IMG/VR virus record: IMGVR_UViG_3300049324_000053
Origin: a virus
DNA: 64,000 bases
Reading direction: 5' to 3' (one strand)
In this document: positions 46,105-54,802 of the stretch, one piece after another
Position numbering within the stretch: the stretch's first letter is position 1
Layout: each line of letters starts with the position of its first letter
Made by a program: the position numbers and the translations under genes
The notes under the pieces: generated by a model
Told to the model about the DNA's origin: nothing
Database searches by the model: none
Seen by the model: the letters and a program-made list of their open reading frames with translations, nothing else

Positions 46105-46764
46105 ATGACCGACGGGCCGATGCTTACCGAGAAGCAGTATATGGAGTTGCTCGCGGCCAGGTTGGAGCGGGAAACCGCCGGGCTGCAGGCCGAAAAAGCG
46201 GAACTGGCCGCCGCGCGCGACGAACTCACCGAACACGTCGCCACCCTCAACGCCGAGAAAGCTGAACTCACCGGCCGCATCGACGTGCTGGAAGCGGCCA
46301 AGTCCGCCGCCGAAACAGCCCGCGACGAAGCCGCCGCACAGTTCGAGGCGTACAAGGCGCATCAGGCCGAGATCGCCGCGATCGCCGCCCGTAAGACCGA
46401 ACGGGTCGACCGGGTACGCGCCGCCGCACCACACCTGACCGAAGACTTCACCAGCAATCCCGAACGCCAGCAGCGCTGGGCCGAGATGGCTGAAGAAACC
46501 TTCGCCGAGCATGTCAACGACCTTGTCGAAGCTGCCGTCGCCGCATTCAGCGCCGACGAACGCCGGCAGGTCGCCGAGGCCGACGACAAGGCGACCGTCA
46601 TCGCCAGCATCCTCGCCTCCCGTCAGACCGCCTCCGAAACCCGTTCGACCCGGCAGACCGCCGCCTTCAGCGCCGGAGTGTCCCCGAACGCGAAGACCGA
46701 GACGACCAGTGCCACGCGCCGGCTGATGGTGGCCGGCGGTCATCTTCCCGCCAAGGCCATCTGA
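46105..46764 (+). CDS. capsid scaffolding protein
   Basis: Long acidic coiled coil just upstream of decoration/capsid genes; GGAGG RBS. Confidence 0.75.
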   Translation: MTDGPMLTEKQYMELLAARLERETAGLQAEKAELAAARDELTEHVATLNAEKAELTGRIDVLEAAKSAAETARDEAAAQFEAYKAHQAEIAAIAARKTERVDRVRAAAPHLTEDFTSNPERQQRWAEMAEETFAEHVNDLVEAAVAAFSADERRQVAEADDKATVIASILASRQTASETRSTRQTAAFSAGVSPNAKTETTSATRRLMVAGGHLPAKAI

Positions 46765-46778
46765 GAGGGGGCAACACC

Positions 46779-47315
46779 ATGGCTAGCGATTATGGACTCG
46801 CTTTCGGGTTCCGCCGGAGCAATGAGACCGTTCGCAACTCTGAAGGCCGTCTGAAGACCCCCGCGACGGGGCCGATTTTGCTGATGGGCACCGCAGTCGA
46901 GATCGACCCGGTGAACGCCGGCTACCTGCGCGTGGCTGCTGCGAACGCTCACCAGCGTCCCGGCACCTGCGGCCTGCTGCTGCAGGAAGAGGCGTGGGAC
47001 CGCACCATCTACGAGGCCGACATCATCGACAGTTACGGGCTGATGTTCGCGCGTCCGAACAGACTGTCGGTTTTGACGACCGGTGCGGGCACGAAGGTCT
47101 GGATGCAAAACCAGGCGGCTCGCACCCGCTCCGATGGCCGGGTGTTCAACGCGGTCACGATGTTCCTCACCGCCAACGTTGCTGTCGGTCGCGGTCTTGC
47201 CTGGAACGGCACCGCATACGTCGATGTTGCGGATCCCCGTGACGTGACGAGCTTCGGTGAAGTCACCTACTTCGACTCGGCGCGCGGTTACGTCGAGTTC
47301 GTTCTGGCCCGCTGA
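46779..47315 (+). CDS. capsid decoration/cement protein
   Basis: Beta-rich 178 aa between scaffold and MCP. Confidence 0.6.
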   Translation: MASDYGLAFGFRRSNETVRNSEGRLKTPATGPILLMGTAVEIDPVNAGYLRVAAANAHQRPGTCGLLLQEEAWDRTIYEADIIDSYGLMFARPNRLSVLTTGAGTKVWMQNQAARTRSDGRVFNAVTMFLTANVAVGRGLAWNGTAYVDVADPRDVTSFGEVTYFDSARGYVEFVLAR

Positions 47316-47323
47316 AAGGGGGT

Positions 47324-48313
47324 ATGACGATGCCTGCGACCAAGACCAAGGATCTGATCACCGCGGCCCGCGGTACGATGTCCCCCTGGAATCGTGACCA
47401 CCGTATCGACATGAGTGAGCATCAGGCACTCATCGACCAGGTGAACACTGAAGCGCTGGAGAACTGGGACGACGACAACTGGCACCGCCAGATCGCCGCG
47501 GACATCTCCTCGGCCGTGGACTATCAGTTCACGTTCGAGAATGTGTTCCAGGACTACTTCCGGGTGCAGACCGTCGGCGAGTTCGACCGGGTCCGTATTC
47601 GTGAGCGCCGCGGCCTGAAGGTGTTCTACACCTCTCGCGGTGGATATATCGAGGAATCCCAGATCCGTACCGAGGACTGGGCGCTGCCGCGTGACACGCT
47701 CGGTTTCCATGTCAGCGAGCACACTGACAAGCTGCGGGCGAACTTCGCGATCGCGATGAACGACATCGTCACGCTCGGCATGGAGCGCCTCGAAGCCGAG
47801 GTCAACCGGCGTATCTTCTCCCTGCTGCAGCAGGCGGTTCCGTCCGGTAGTCCGAACTATGTGGCGACCAACGGTCTGACGAAGCTGGAGCTGAACGCGG
47901 CGATCCGCGAGGTCAAGGACGCGATCAAGCCCAACGGGCTCGGTCCCGTTCCGGTGACCATCATCGGGCGCGCCAGCATGATCGACCAGATCAGCGACTT
48001 CGATCTCGGGTTCGACCCCGAGGCCACCGCTGAAGTGCGTGCTCGTGGCCGGCTCGGCGTGTACCGCGGCGCCACCGTCCAGCAGGTGATCAACTACGCG
48101 GACGAGGACGGGTTGAGCTACATCCCGGCCAACGAGCTGTGGGTGTTCGGCGGCGACGTCGGGCGATTCGCGATGTATGGCGGCCTTCAGACGAAGACAT
48201 GGGACGAAATGTCCGTAGATTTCCGCCACTATAGGGCTCGTAAGGATGTGGGTGGACTTGTCCATCACCCCGAGCAGGCCAGGCGCGTCGTTGACAGCTC
48301 TGTGGCTGGCTAA
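47324..48313 (+). CDS. major capsid protein (HK97-like)
   Basis: 329 aa, position, GRLGVYRGATV segment, optimised codons. Confidence 0.8.
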   Translation: MTMPATKTKDLITAARGTMSPWNRDHRIDMSEHQALIDQVNTEALENWDDDNWHRQIAADISSAVDYQFTFENVFQDYFRVQTVGEFDRVRIRERRGLKVFYTSRGGYIEESQIRTEDWALPRDTLGFHVSEHTDKLRANFAIAMNDIVTLGMERLEAEVNRRIFSLLQQAVPSGSPNYVATNGLTKLELNAAIREVKDAIKPNGLGPVPVTIIGRASMIDQISDFDLGFDPEATAEVRARGRLGVYRGATVQQVINYADEDGLSYIPANELWVFGGDVGRFAMYGGLQTKTWDEMSVDFRHYRARKDVGGLVHHPEQARRVVDSSVAG

Positions 48314-48353
48314 TTGATCCACCATGCTCGGGATGGTGTGCTAGTCTCCTGGC

Positions 48354-49148
48354 ATGACGATCAAGAAGTCCTATGCGCCCGACCCCTTCCAGGAGGAGCC
48401 GGGCGCATTGCCTTGCACGAAGTGCGGTGTGAACCCGAGGGCAGTTCGGGGTTCGTGGTGCCGCGGTTGCCGCGCCGCTGCCCAGCGCGAGTACAACACC
48501 CGCATGCGCCCGCGCCCGCAGCAGAAGACGGGCAACTGTTTGGAATGTGGCAACGAGATGACCTGGATCTCGGGGCGTGGGCCCGATCGTGTCTACTGTT
48601 CGGCAGCTTGCAAGATGAAGGTCGACACTGCTGTTCAACGTAACCGGAAGTTAGCGAGGGATGCTGCCGCTCAAGAACGAGCCGCTCGCCGGCATCGGAT
48701 AGATAGTCTGGCCATCCAAGGTTATCGCGAATGTAACGTGTGCCATGAAGTCAAACTCTTTGAGGAGTTTCACATTCAGGGGGCCGGTCATCAGTACGCG
48801 TGTAAGATGTGCGCGCGTTCACGGGCCCGAGTTGAGTCTGGTCTTCAAAAGATCCGCTCGTATCGTTCTCACCTCAAGGGCGCATTTGGACTATCTCCCG
48901 AGGACTTCGACGGAATGCTTATCGAACAGTCCGGGCGATGTGGGATCTGCAACAACCCCATGACGAAGCCGTGCGTCGACCACGATCATTCTTGTTGTCC
49001 GGGAAAGAAGTCGTGTGGGCGATGCATTCGGAAGCTTCTGTGCAACTCTTGTAATGCCGGGATCGGCTACTTACGCGATGACGTGAGAATACTGAATCTC
49101 GCTATCGAGTACCTGGAGGCTCACCGCAGCGTCGGTGAGAGCCTGTAG
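48354..49148 (+). CDS. endonuclease VII-type HNH (free-standing homing endonuclease) with N-terminal zinc fingers
   Basis: QSGRCGIC...VDHDH...IRKLLCNSCNAGIG; lower GC than flanks. Confidence 0.9.
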   Translation: MTIKKSYAPDPFQEEPGALPCTKCGVNPRAVRGSWCRGCRAAAQREYNTRMRPRPQQKTGNCLECGNEMTWISGRGPDRVYCSAACKMKVDTAVQRNRKLARDAAAQERAARRHRIDSLAIQGYRECNVCHEVKLFEEFHIQGAGHQYACKMCARSRARVESGLQKIRSYRSHLKGAFGLSPEDFDGMLIEQSGRCGICNNPMTKPCVDHDHSCCPGKKSCGRCIRKLLCNSCNAGIGYLRDDVRILNLAIEYLEAHRSVGESL

Positions 49149-49155
49149 GTATGCG

Positions 49156-49194
49156 AAAGCACCCGGCCCCCTGTGAGGAGGGGTCGGGTGCCTT
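49156..49194. terminator. hairpin terminator between convergent genes
   Basis: GCACCCGGCCCC-loop-GGGGTCGGGTGC. Confidence 0.7.
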
Positions 49195-49211
49195 ATGTAG
49201 TCCGTGGTGCG

Positions 49212-49586
49212 CTACCAGAGGGCCAGTTCGATGACGCCCCAGTCGTCGCCGAAGTCGATCTGCAGGTACATGCGTCCACCGAGGGCTGTCAGGTGCTTAC
49301 TCAGCGTGCTCAGCAGCAGATCCGGTTGATCCTCCAGCAGGAGTTTGGTTGTGGTCTCATCGCCGTCCATCTGCCCGGCGAGTGCCAACGTTGCTTGCTG
49401 TATTGCCTCGCCTGTCGCGTTCATCCGCAGGGTGTAGGTATCGTTGGTCTTCAGCAGTATCGCGAGCTTCTGGGCATTCGTCCGGTCCGGGTTTGGGCCG
49501 GATGCGCGCCCGACGAACCGCCGCGCTCGTTCAAGCAGTTGCTCGACATGCGGCGACAGCTCGTCGTCAGCGTCGTCGTCGCTCAT
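49212..49586 (-). CDS. orphan HigA-like antitoxin with degenerate XRE HTH
   Basis: DLLLSTLSKHLTALGGRMYLQIDF resembles HigA-type DxxxSTLxxYVEALGGxLxIxAxF; ATGA-coupled. Confidence 0.6.
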   Translation of the reverse strand: MSDDDADDELSPHVEQLLERARRFVGRASGPNPDRTNAQKLAILLKTNDTYTLRMNATGEAIQQATLALAGQMDGDETTTKLLLEDQPDLLLSTLSKHLTALGGRMYLQIDFGDDWGVIELALW

Positions 49587-49780
49587 CGCGGCGGTAATCC
49601 AAGGCCGGCGCGGACCTCTTCCGAGGTGTAGACGCGGCCGGCGGCAATGTCTGCCCTCGCTTCCTGGATCTCGGCGATGATGCGAGGGTTCGTGGACATA
49701 CGCCGGATCTCGCGGCGAGTGATGAAGATCCTGTTGGTTCGGACGTATTTCTCCCACCATTGGTCGAGCGCCGAGAGCAT
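49583..49780 (-). CDS. orphan Phd/YefM-type C-terminal (toxin-binding) fragment
   Basis: NPRIIAEIQEARADIAAGRVYTSEEVRAGL; TGATG-coupled to upstream RHH gene. Confidence 0.6.
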   Translation of the reverse strand: MLSALDQWWEKYVRTNRIFITRREIRRMSTNPRIIAEIQEARADIAAGRVYTSEEVRAGLGLPPR

Positions 49781-50112
49781 CAGGAAGCAGCCCTGACGGC
49801 GTTGTGCTGGAAGACTACCGGCGCGTCTTCTCCGAGTGTAGCGATCAGCACCTGGCGTACCCATTCGGAACGTGACATGTGGCAGTTTGCTGCTGCTGCA
49901 TCCACTGCCTTGGTCAGTTCGCGTGAGGCGCGAACCCGGATCGTTGGTGATGGTCCAGGTTCAGAAGGTGCCAGGGGTGGCCGGCCACCCCTGCGTTCGA
50001 ATCGGGTCATCGTGTCTTCGACCAGTTCGTTGATGTATTCGTCCGTCAGCGGCCGGCCATGGCTGTCGTAGACGATTTCGTCATCTGGGATGTCGCGACC
50101 GGGCTTCCTCAT
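49780..50112 (-). CDS. C-terminal RHH (CopG) antitoxin
   Basis: GGRPPL...SPTIRVRASRELTKAVDAAA...SRSEWVRQ. Confidence 0.75.
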   Translation of the reverse strand: MRKPGRDIPDDEIVYDSHGRPLTDEYINELVEDTMTRFERRGGRPPLAPSEPGPSPTIRVRASRELTKAVDAAAANCHMSRSEWVRQVLIATLGEDAPVVFQHNAVRAAS

Positions 50113-50363
50113 GGTTTTCTCCTTCGGAGGTTGTAGGGCATCACATGAATGACGATGATCTCTTCTGGGAGATCCAGTGCGATGACTTCCAACACGAGAC
50201 CTCGGTCGTCTGGGCCGAACCACATCAGCCGACCATCGTGCCCGTCGGTTCCTGTTTCGAATGTTGGCTCCGTGGTGTTCATGACGTGCTGGGCGTGGGC
50301 TTTGCCGATCCGGTGTTTTCGTGCTGAGCGGTACCAGCTGACCGGGCGATGATCGTCGGTCAC
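50109..50363 (-). CDS. BrnT/RelE-fold-like toxin (toxin-first TA pair)
   Basis: SARKHRI...FGPDDRGLVLEVIA...VIHVMP; ATGA overlap with antitoxin. Confidence 0.7.
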   Translation of the reverse strand: MTDDHRPVSWYRSARKHRIGKAHAQHVMNTTEPTFETGTDGHDGRLMWFGPDDRGLVLEVIALDLPEEIIVIHVMPYNLRRRKP

Positions 50364-50471
50364 GTAAGTATTGTGGCACAGTACCGTGTGGGGTGGCAAG
50401 CTGCGTTGGGTGATCGACCGCGTGCGGAGTGTCACCCTGAAGCAGGACGTTTCGGGCGGTACCGTGCCTGT

Positions 50472-51287
50472 ATGGCCTCCAAAGCCGGTGATCCGGGTCC
50501 TGCCCGTCGTGCCGCGCGGGTAGGCAAGCCCGAAGCGCGTCGTTGCGCGCAGTGTGGCCAGAGCAAGCAGCTGCGCAACTTTCCGTATGTGTACGCCGAT
50601 GGTGAGCCGCCGGGCGTGTGCCGGCGGTGTTTGTGGGCGGCGAAGCTGGCGGCGGATGAGGCCGGTGTGCGGCCGGTGCCGGTGCTGGTGGCTGATCCCC
50701 CGGTTCTGGTTTCGGCGCCGGCGCCAGTTGTCGACGAACCCACGTTGCCGGTGTCCGAGCCGCCGCTGTCTGATCCGCCGCCACTACCCGACCCGTTGCC
50801 ACCTGACGTCTTGCCGCCCGATCCGTTGACGCCGCGGCCGGTCGTGTCGCCGCCGCCGAAGGTGGATCGCTGGCCGGCGGCGCTGCGTGCCTGCGGGGCC
50901 CCGAGTGACGATCTTGCCGAGTTGATGCGCCGTCAGGGCGGGGTGTGTGCGTGTTGCGGTTGCCCGTTCGGTGCGCGCAAGCCGCGCATCCACCGGGACC
51001 GTAGCCAGCCGGACCAGGACAGCTTCTGCGCGATCTTGTGCCATCGGTGTCTGAGCGCTCTGGGAATGCTGAACAACGAGGTGCGGCTGGTGGCGCGGGC
51101 GGCGGACTATCTGCGGTCGGTGTCGGCGGCTGATGCGGATCCGTGTGTGACGACGCCTGTTCCGCCCGCTACGGGCGCGTCGTGGCGGGTGTTGACGCCG
51201 GGGATGGTGGTGTGCGTGCCGGTGGTGTCCTGGTGGGTGCGGGTGCGATCGCGGTTCGTTTCCTGGTGGATGTCGGGTCGTCCCTGA
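50472..51287 (+). CDS. degenerate endonuclease VII-like protein with Pro-rich linker
   Basis: QGGVCACC...IHRDR...AILCHRCLSALG...AADYL: zinc ligands kept, catalytic DH and N replaced. Confidence 0.65.
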   Translation: MASKAGDPGPARRAARVGKPEARRCAQCGQSKQLRNFPYVYADGEPPGVCRRCLWAAKLAADEAGVRPVPVLVADPPVLVSAPAPVVDEPTLPVSEPPLSDPPPLPDPLPPDVLPPDPLTPRPVVSPPPKVDRWPAALRACGAPSDDLAELMRRQGGVCACCGCPFGARKPRIHRDRSQPDQDSFCAILCHRCLSALGMLNNEVRLVARAADYLRSVSAADADPCVTTPVPPATGASWRVLTPGMVVCVPVVSWWVRVRSRFVSWWMSGRP

Positions 51288-51343
51288 GATCCGGCTTCCG
51301 GTGCGCCGATGACTGCTGGGAGTGAGAAACGGGAGGCGAGGCC

Positions 51344-51871
51344 ATGCCAGTCGCAGATGTCGTCATGGAAACCTGGCGCGCGGTCACTGAGATGACTGTG
51401 TGGGTGTGGGTGCGTGACGAGCGTAACGGCGGGTTCCGTAAGCAGCGGGTCGGTGGGGGCAATGGTGGATCCCGGGTGCTGCGTATCAGCCATGATGATC
51501 GTCTTTACAATGCCGAGATCACTGCTGAGGAATGCCGGTCCGCCGATCCGTTCAGCAATGGTGCGTTACGTCTTGAGGGTGAATCGGCGTTCGGTGATGT
51601 CGATGTGCGTTATCACTGGACGGATGCTGAGTACGAGAATCTGATCGCGGTGCGTGATGAGGGTCTGTTCCGTGAGCAGGTTGAGGAGATCGGTTCGGAG
51701 CTGGTGTTGCGCCGGCTGCGGTCGCTGACGGAGCGGTCGGGGACGACGGCGCAGAACGAGATCATCACTGAGGTGTTGGCGGTGCGGTATCCGGTCGGTG
51801 GGTCGCAGCGGACATATCTGGAGATGGCCGCGGAACGTGCGCAGGCCCCTGGCATTCCGTTGAGCGCTTGA
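51344..51871 (+). CDS. conserved hypothetical virion-operon protein
   Basis: GGAGG RBS; late-type motif upstream. Confidence 0.65.
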   Translation: MPVADVVMETWRAVTEMTVWVWVRDERNGGFRKQRVGGGNGGSRVLRISHDDRLYNAEITAEECRSADPFSNGALRLEGESAFGDVDVRYHWTDAEYENLIAVRDEGLFREQVEEIGSELVLRRLRSLTERSGTTAQNEIITEVLAVRYPVGGSQRTYLEMAAERAQAPGIPLSA

Positions 51872-51872
51872 T

Positions 51873-52304
51873 ATGAGCGGCTCGAAGAGTGACTATCTGG
51901 AAGCGGCACTGCTGAATCTGGTGCTGGGTGGTACGGCGTGGACGGCGCCGGCGAACGTGTATGTGGCGTTGTCCACGGCCACCTATTCGGACACGGCGAC
52001 GGGCACGTCGATGACTGAGGTGTCCACGACGTCCACCGGTTATGCGCGGGTGTTGCTGACCAACAATGCCACCAACTGGCCGGCGGCGTCGGGGACGAGC
52101 CCGACGACCAAGGCCAATGGTACGACGATCACGTTTCCGACGGCGTCCGGCAGCTGGGGCACGGTGACGTCGTTCTATCTCGTCGACGCGGCCAGCGCCG
52201 GGAACGTGCTGTACGGCGGTGACCTGTCGGCGTCGAAGGCGATCGCTTCCGGGGACACGGCATCGTTCGCCGCGACGACCGGCATCACGATCACGGAGGA
52301 CTGA
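51873..52304 (+). CDS. small beta-rich virion fibre subunit (Gp80-like), copy 2
   Basis: SDYLEAALLN, VYVALST, GYARV, ITFPTASGSWGTVT, DAASAGNVL. Confidence 0.85.
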   Translation: MSGSKSDYLEAALLNLVLGGTAWTAPANVYVALSTATYSDTATGTSMTEVSTTSTGYARVLLTNNATNWPAASGTSPTTKANGTTITFPTASGSWGTVTSFYLVDAASAGNVLYGGDLSASKAIASGDTASFAATTGITITED

Positions 52305-52307
52305 CCG

Positions 52308-52622
52308 GTGGCTACCAGCTACGAGACGGTGCTCGACGAGGCCGGTTTCACCGCCGACAGCGATCTTGCGTCTCAGCTGTCCGATCATGCGGACGCTGCG
52401 GGGATGCGCAGCAATGGTGCGTACGAGCTGCACGGTGCTTGGAGCAAGGGTGACGTGCGGGTGCATCTGGAGCAGACCACCGCTCCGGATGCGAGCGGCG
52501 GCATGAAGATCATCGTTGAGCATCCGCCGGTACTGATCGTGGTCGCCCCGAATCTGCGGGTCGCGGTCAACCCTGACGACACCGACGCGCTGACCTCGCT
52601 GCTGACCGAGATCGCTTCCTGA
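52308..52622 (+). CDS. hypothetical protein
   Basis: GGAGG RBS; operon spacing. Confidence 0.65.
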   Translation: MATSYETVLDEAGFTADSDLASQLSDHADAAGMRSNGAYELHGAWSKGDVRVHLEQTTAPDASGGMKIIVEHPPVLIVVAPNLRVAVNPDDTDALTSLLTEIAS

Positions 52623-52638
52623 CTTCGGGAGGTGCGGC

Positions 52639-53586
52639 ATCAGTAACGAGCGGCGGGCACGGACCAACTTCGTTCTCGGTGTTCTGACCACGGCGGTCGG
52701 TACTACCGACGTGACGCTGGTGGGTGACGCCTTCGCAAATCTGCCGGCCATCGATTCCACCAGCCATGCCGCGATCAGCCTGATCGACACCGTGAACGGC
52801 TGGTACGAGATCGCGACGGTGACGGCGCATACCGCGGCGTCGAGCACGGTGACGGTGCTGCGGGGGCAGGAATCCAGCACCGCGTTGACGTGGGCGGCGG
52901 GCAGCACGTTCGTCGCCGCCCCGACGACGCGCGACTTTCCGGCCGGTCCGGACTATCCGTGGGCCGGGGACACGTTGACGGGTGGCCCGTACGACCAGGA
53001 GTTCGACCGGATCGGTGTGAACTCCACGTTGCCGACGGGCTGGTCGTGGGTGGGGCAGGGCAGCGCCACCTATGAGGAGCAGTACGGCTGGGGGTCGATC
53101 GTCACTCCCGGTTACAGCCCGACGTCCGGTTATCAGCACTGGATGGTGGTGCGCAGCCTGCCGTCCGCGGCGACGTGGACGGCCACCGCGAAGATCGCCG
53201 GTGCGTTTCCGAAGTCGGCGACGGCGGGTGCGGGCAGCAACCCGACGATGCTGCTGCGCGAGAGTACGACGGGCAAGTTCATCACGATCGAACCGCGGCA
53301 GCATCTGTCGGCGCTGTACTCGGTGACGTACACCGGTCCGACGACCGGTGGTGCGGTGCTCACGTCGCCGGCGTGGGTGGCGACCATCGGGCCGCAGTAT
53401 CTGCGGTTCGCGCGGACCGCGACCAGTACCTATGTGCTGTCGGCGTCGATGTCGGGCAGTACGTTCGTCCCGTTCTATACCTGGACGTCGTCGTTTACTC
53501 CCAACCAGGTGGGATTCGGCGCGGCGCAGGAGATCGGGCCGCTCGGGGCGGCGGTCGCGCACTGCGACTGGCTGCGGGTCAGGTGA
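52639..53586 (+). CDS. tail/head fibre protein with lectin-like C-domain; probable ATC start
   Basis: EIATVTA...TVLRGQESSTA N-domain; frame open from ATC 52639, 6 nt after GGAGG. Confidence 0.7.
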   Translation: MSNERRARTNFVLGVLTTAVGTTDVTLVGDAFANLPAIDSTSHAAISLIDTVNGWYEIATVTAHTAASSTVTVLRGQESSTALTWAAGSTFVAAPTTRDFPAGPDYPWAGDTLTGGPYDQEFDRIGVNSTLPTGWSWVGQGSATYEEQYGWGSIVTPGYSPTSGYQHWMVVRSLPSAATWTATAKIAGAFPKSATAGAGSNPTMLLRESTTGKFITIEPRQHLSALYSVTYTGPTTGGAVLTSPAWVATIGPQYLRFARTATSTYVLSASMSGSTFVPFYTWTSSFTPNQVGFGAAQEIGPLGAAVAHCDWLRVR

Positions 53587-53592
53587 GCTGAC

Positions 53593-54408
53593 GTGCCGAT
53601 CCACTACTACACCGACACCGCGCAACCCACGACGCTGTCCAGTGCGATTCTCGCGACGGGGACCTCGATCATCGTGCCCAGTCTCGTGGGATATCCAGCG
53701 CAGTATCCCTTCACGCTGCGCCTTGATCCGGGCACCAGCAGCGAGGAACTCGTCGATGTCACCGCCGCGCCGACCGGGTCCGGCCCGTACACGCTGACCG
53801 TGACGCGCGGCGTGAACGGCACGACCGCGCTCGCCCACCCCGGCGGAACTGCCGTCACGCTCGGCTGGACCGGCCGGGACGCGACCGAGGCCGCGACGCA
53901 TCAGTACACGCAGCCGCTGCTGAACACCGGCGCCGGTGTGCACGGGCTGCCGACCGGTCAGGCGGTCCTCGGGTACGACAGCAGCTACACGGTGGCCCGT
54001 CCGGACGGTGCGGCATTGTCGACGGTGGCGACGGTGGCGTTGACCAACGTGAATACGATCAATGGATATGTGGTCGCGCCGACCAGCGTTCCGATCACCG
54101 CGTCGAACGGGTGGGTCAATGTTGCCACAGGTTATCGCACCTTACGTTATCAGGGCCCTGATGCGCGTGGCCTGGTCACAGTGGAGGGCTATCTGAAAAG
54201 TGGCACCGTGGCGGCGAACACCACTATCGCGTCCGGACTGCCCAGCCCACAGGCGACAATCATGTTTCTGGGGGTCGCCTGGATCTCGACGACATCCGCT
54301 GCGCCGGCGTTCCTGACTCTCGGTCCTGCCGGCAATATTTCGAACACCGTGGCGATGGCCGCGGGTAGTCAGCTGTTTATCGAGCTGATTTACAGCGTGT
54401 CTGCTTGA
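53593..54408 (+). CDS. tail fibre-like protein
   Basis: EELVDVTA...TVTRGVNGTTALAH N-domain; C-terminal adhesin-like domain with lower GC. Confidence 0.75.
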   Translation: MPIHYYTDTAQPTTLSSAILATGTSIIVPSLVGYPAQYPFTLRLDPGTSSEELVDVTAAPTGSGPYTLTVTRGVNGTTALAHPGGTAVTLGWTGRDATEAATHQYTQPLLNTGAGVHGLPTGQAVLGYDSSYTVARPDGAALSTVATVALTNVNTINGYVVAPTSVPITASNGWVNVATGYRTLRYQGPDARGLVTVEGYLKSGTVAANTTIASGLPSPQATIMFLGVAWISTTSAAPAFLTLGPAGNISNTVAMAAGSQLFIELIYSVSA

Positions 54409-54441
54409 CGTTCTGTGTGATCCCTACCGGAAGGTTCCACG

Positions 54442-54759
54442 ATGGCATTCACCGACGAAGCGGCGCTCGCCACCGACGTCACGTTTCGCCAGCGGGTGAC
54501 GATCGCCACTGTTGTGGCCGCGAAGGCGGTCATGGCCGAGGCGTTCGCCGGTCCGGGGCACGAGAATTACCACATCCTGCGCCAGCAGCTTGCTCAAGGT
54601 GTGATGAACACCCCGGCGGCTTACACCGATCGGTTCGCCCTCGCGGTGGCCAGCAACCCGGCTATCGACGCCAATTCCGACGACGGCTCGCTGCAGTTTA
54701 CGGTGAACAGCGTCTGGTCGTTGATGGCCGGTGTGCCTTCATGGCAGGTGCCTTCCTGA
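54442..54759 (+). CDS. small helical fibre-associated protein
   Basis: FRQRV...DGSLQFTVNSVWSLMAG motif. Confidence 0.65.
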   Translation: MAFTDEAALATDVTFRQRVTIATVVAAKAVMAEAFAGPGHENYHILRQQLAQGVMNTPAAYTDRFALAVASNPAIDANSDDGSLQFTVNSVWSLMAGVPSWQVPS

Positions 54760-54802
54760 CGCGCGTCGTGTTCTGAGGGCAGCGTAAGGCAGGGGGTGTG
54801 GT

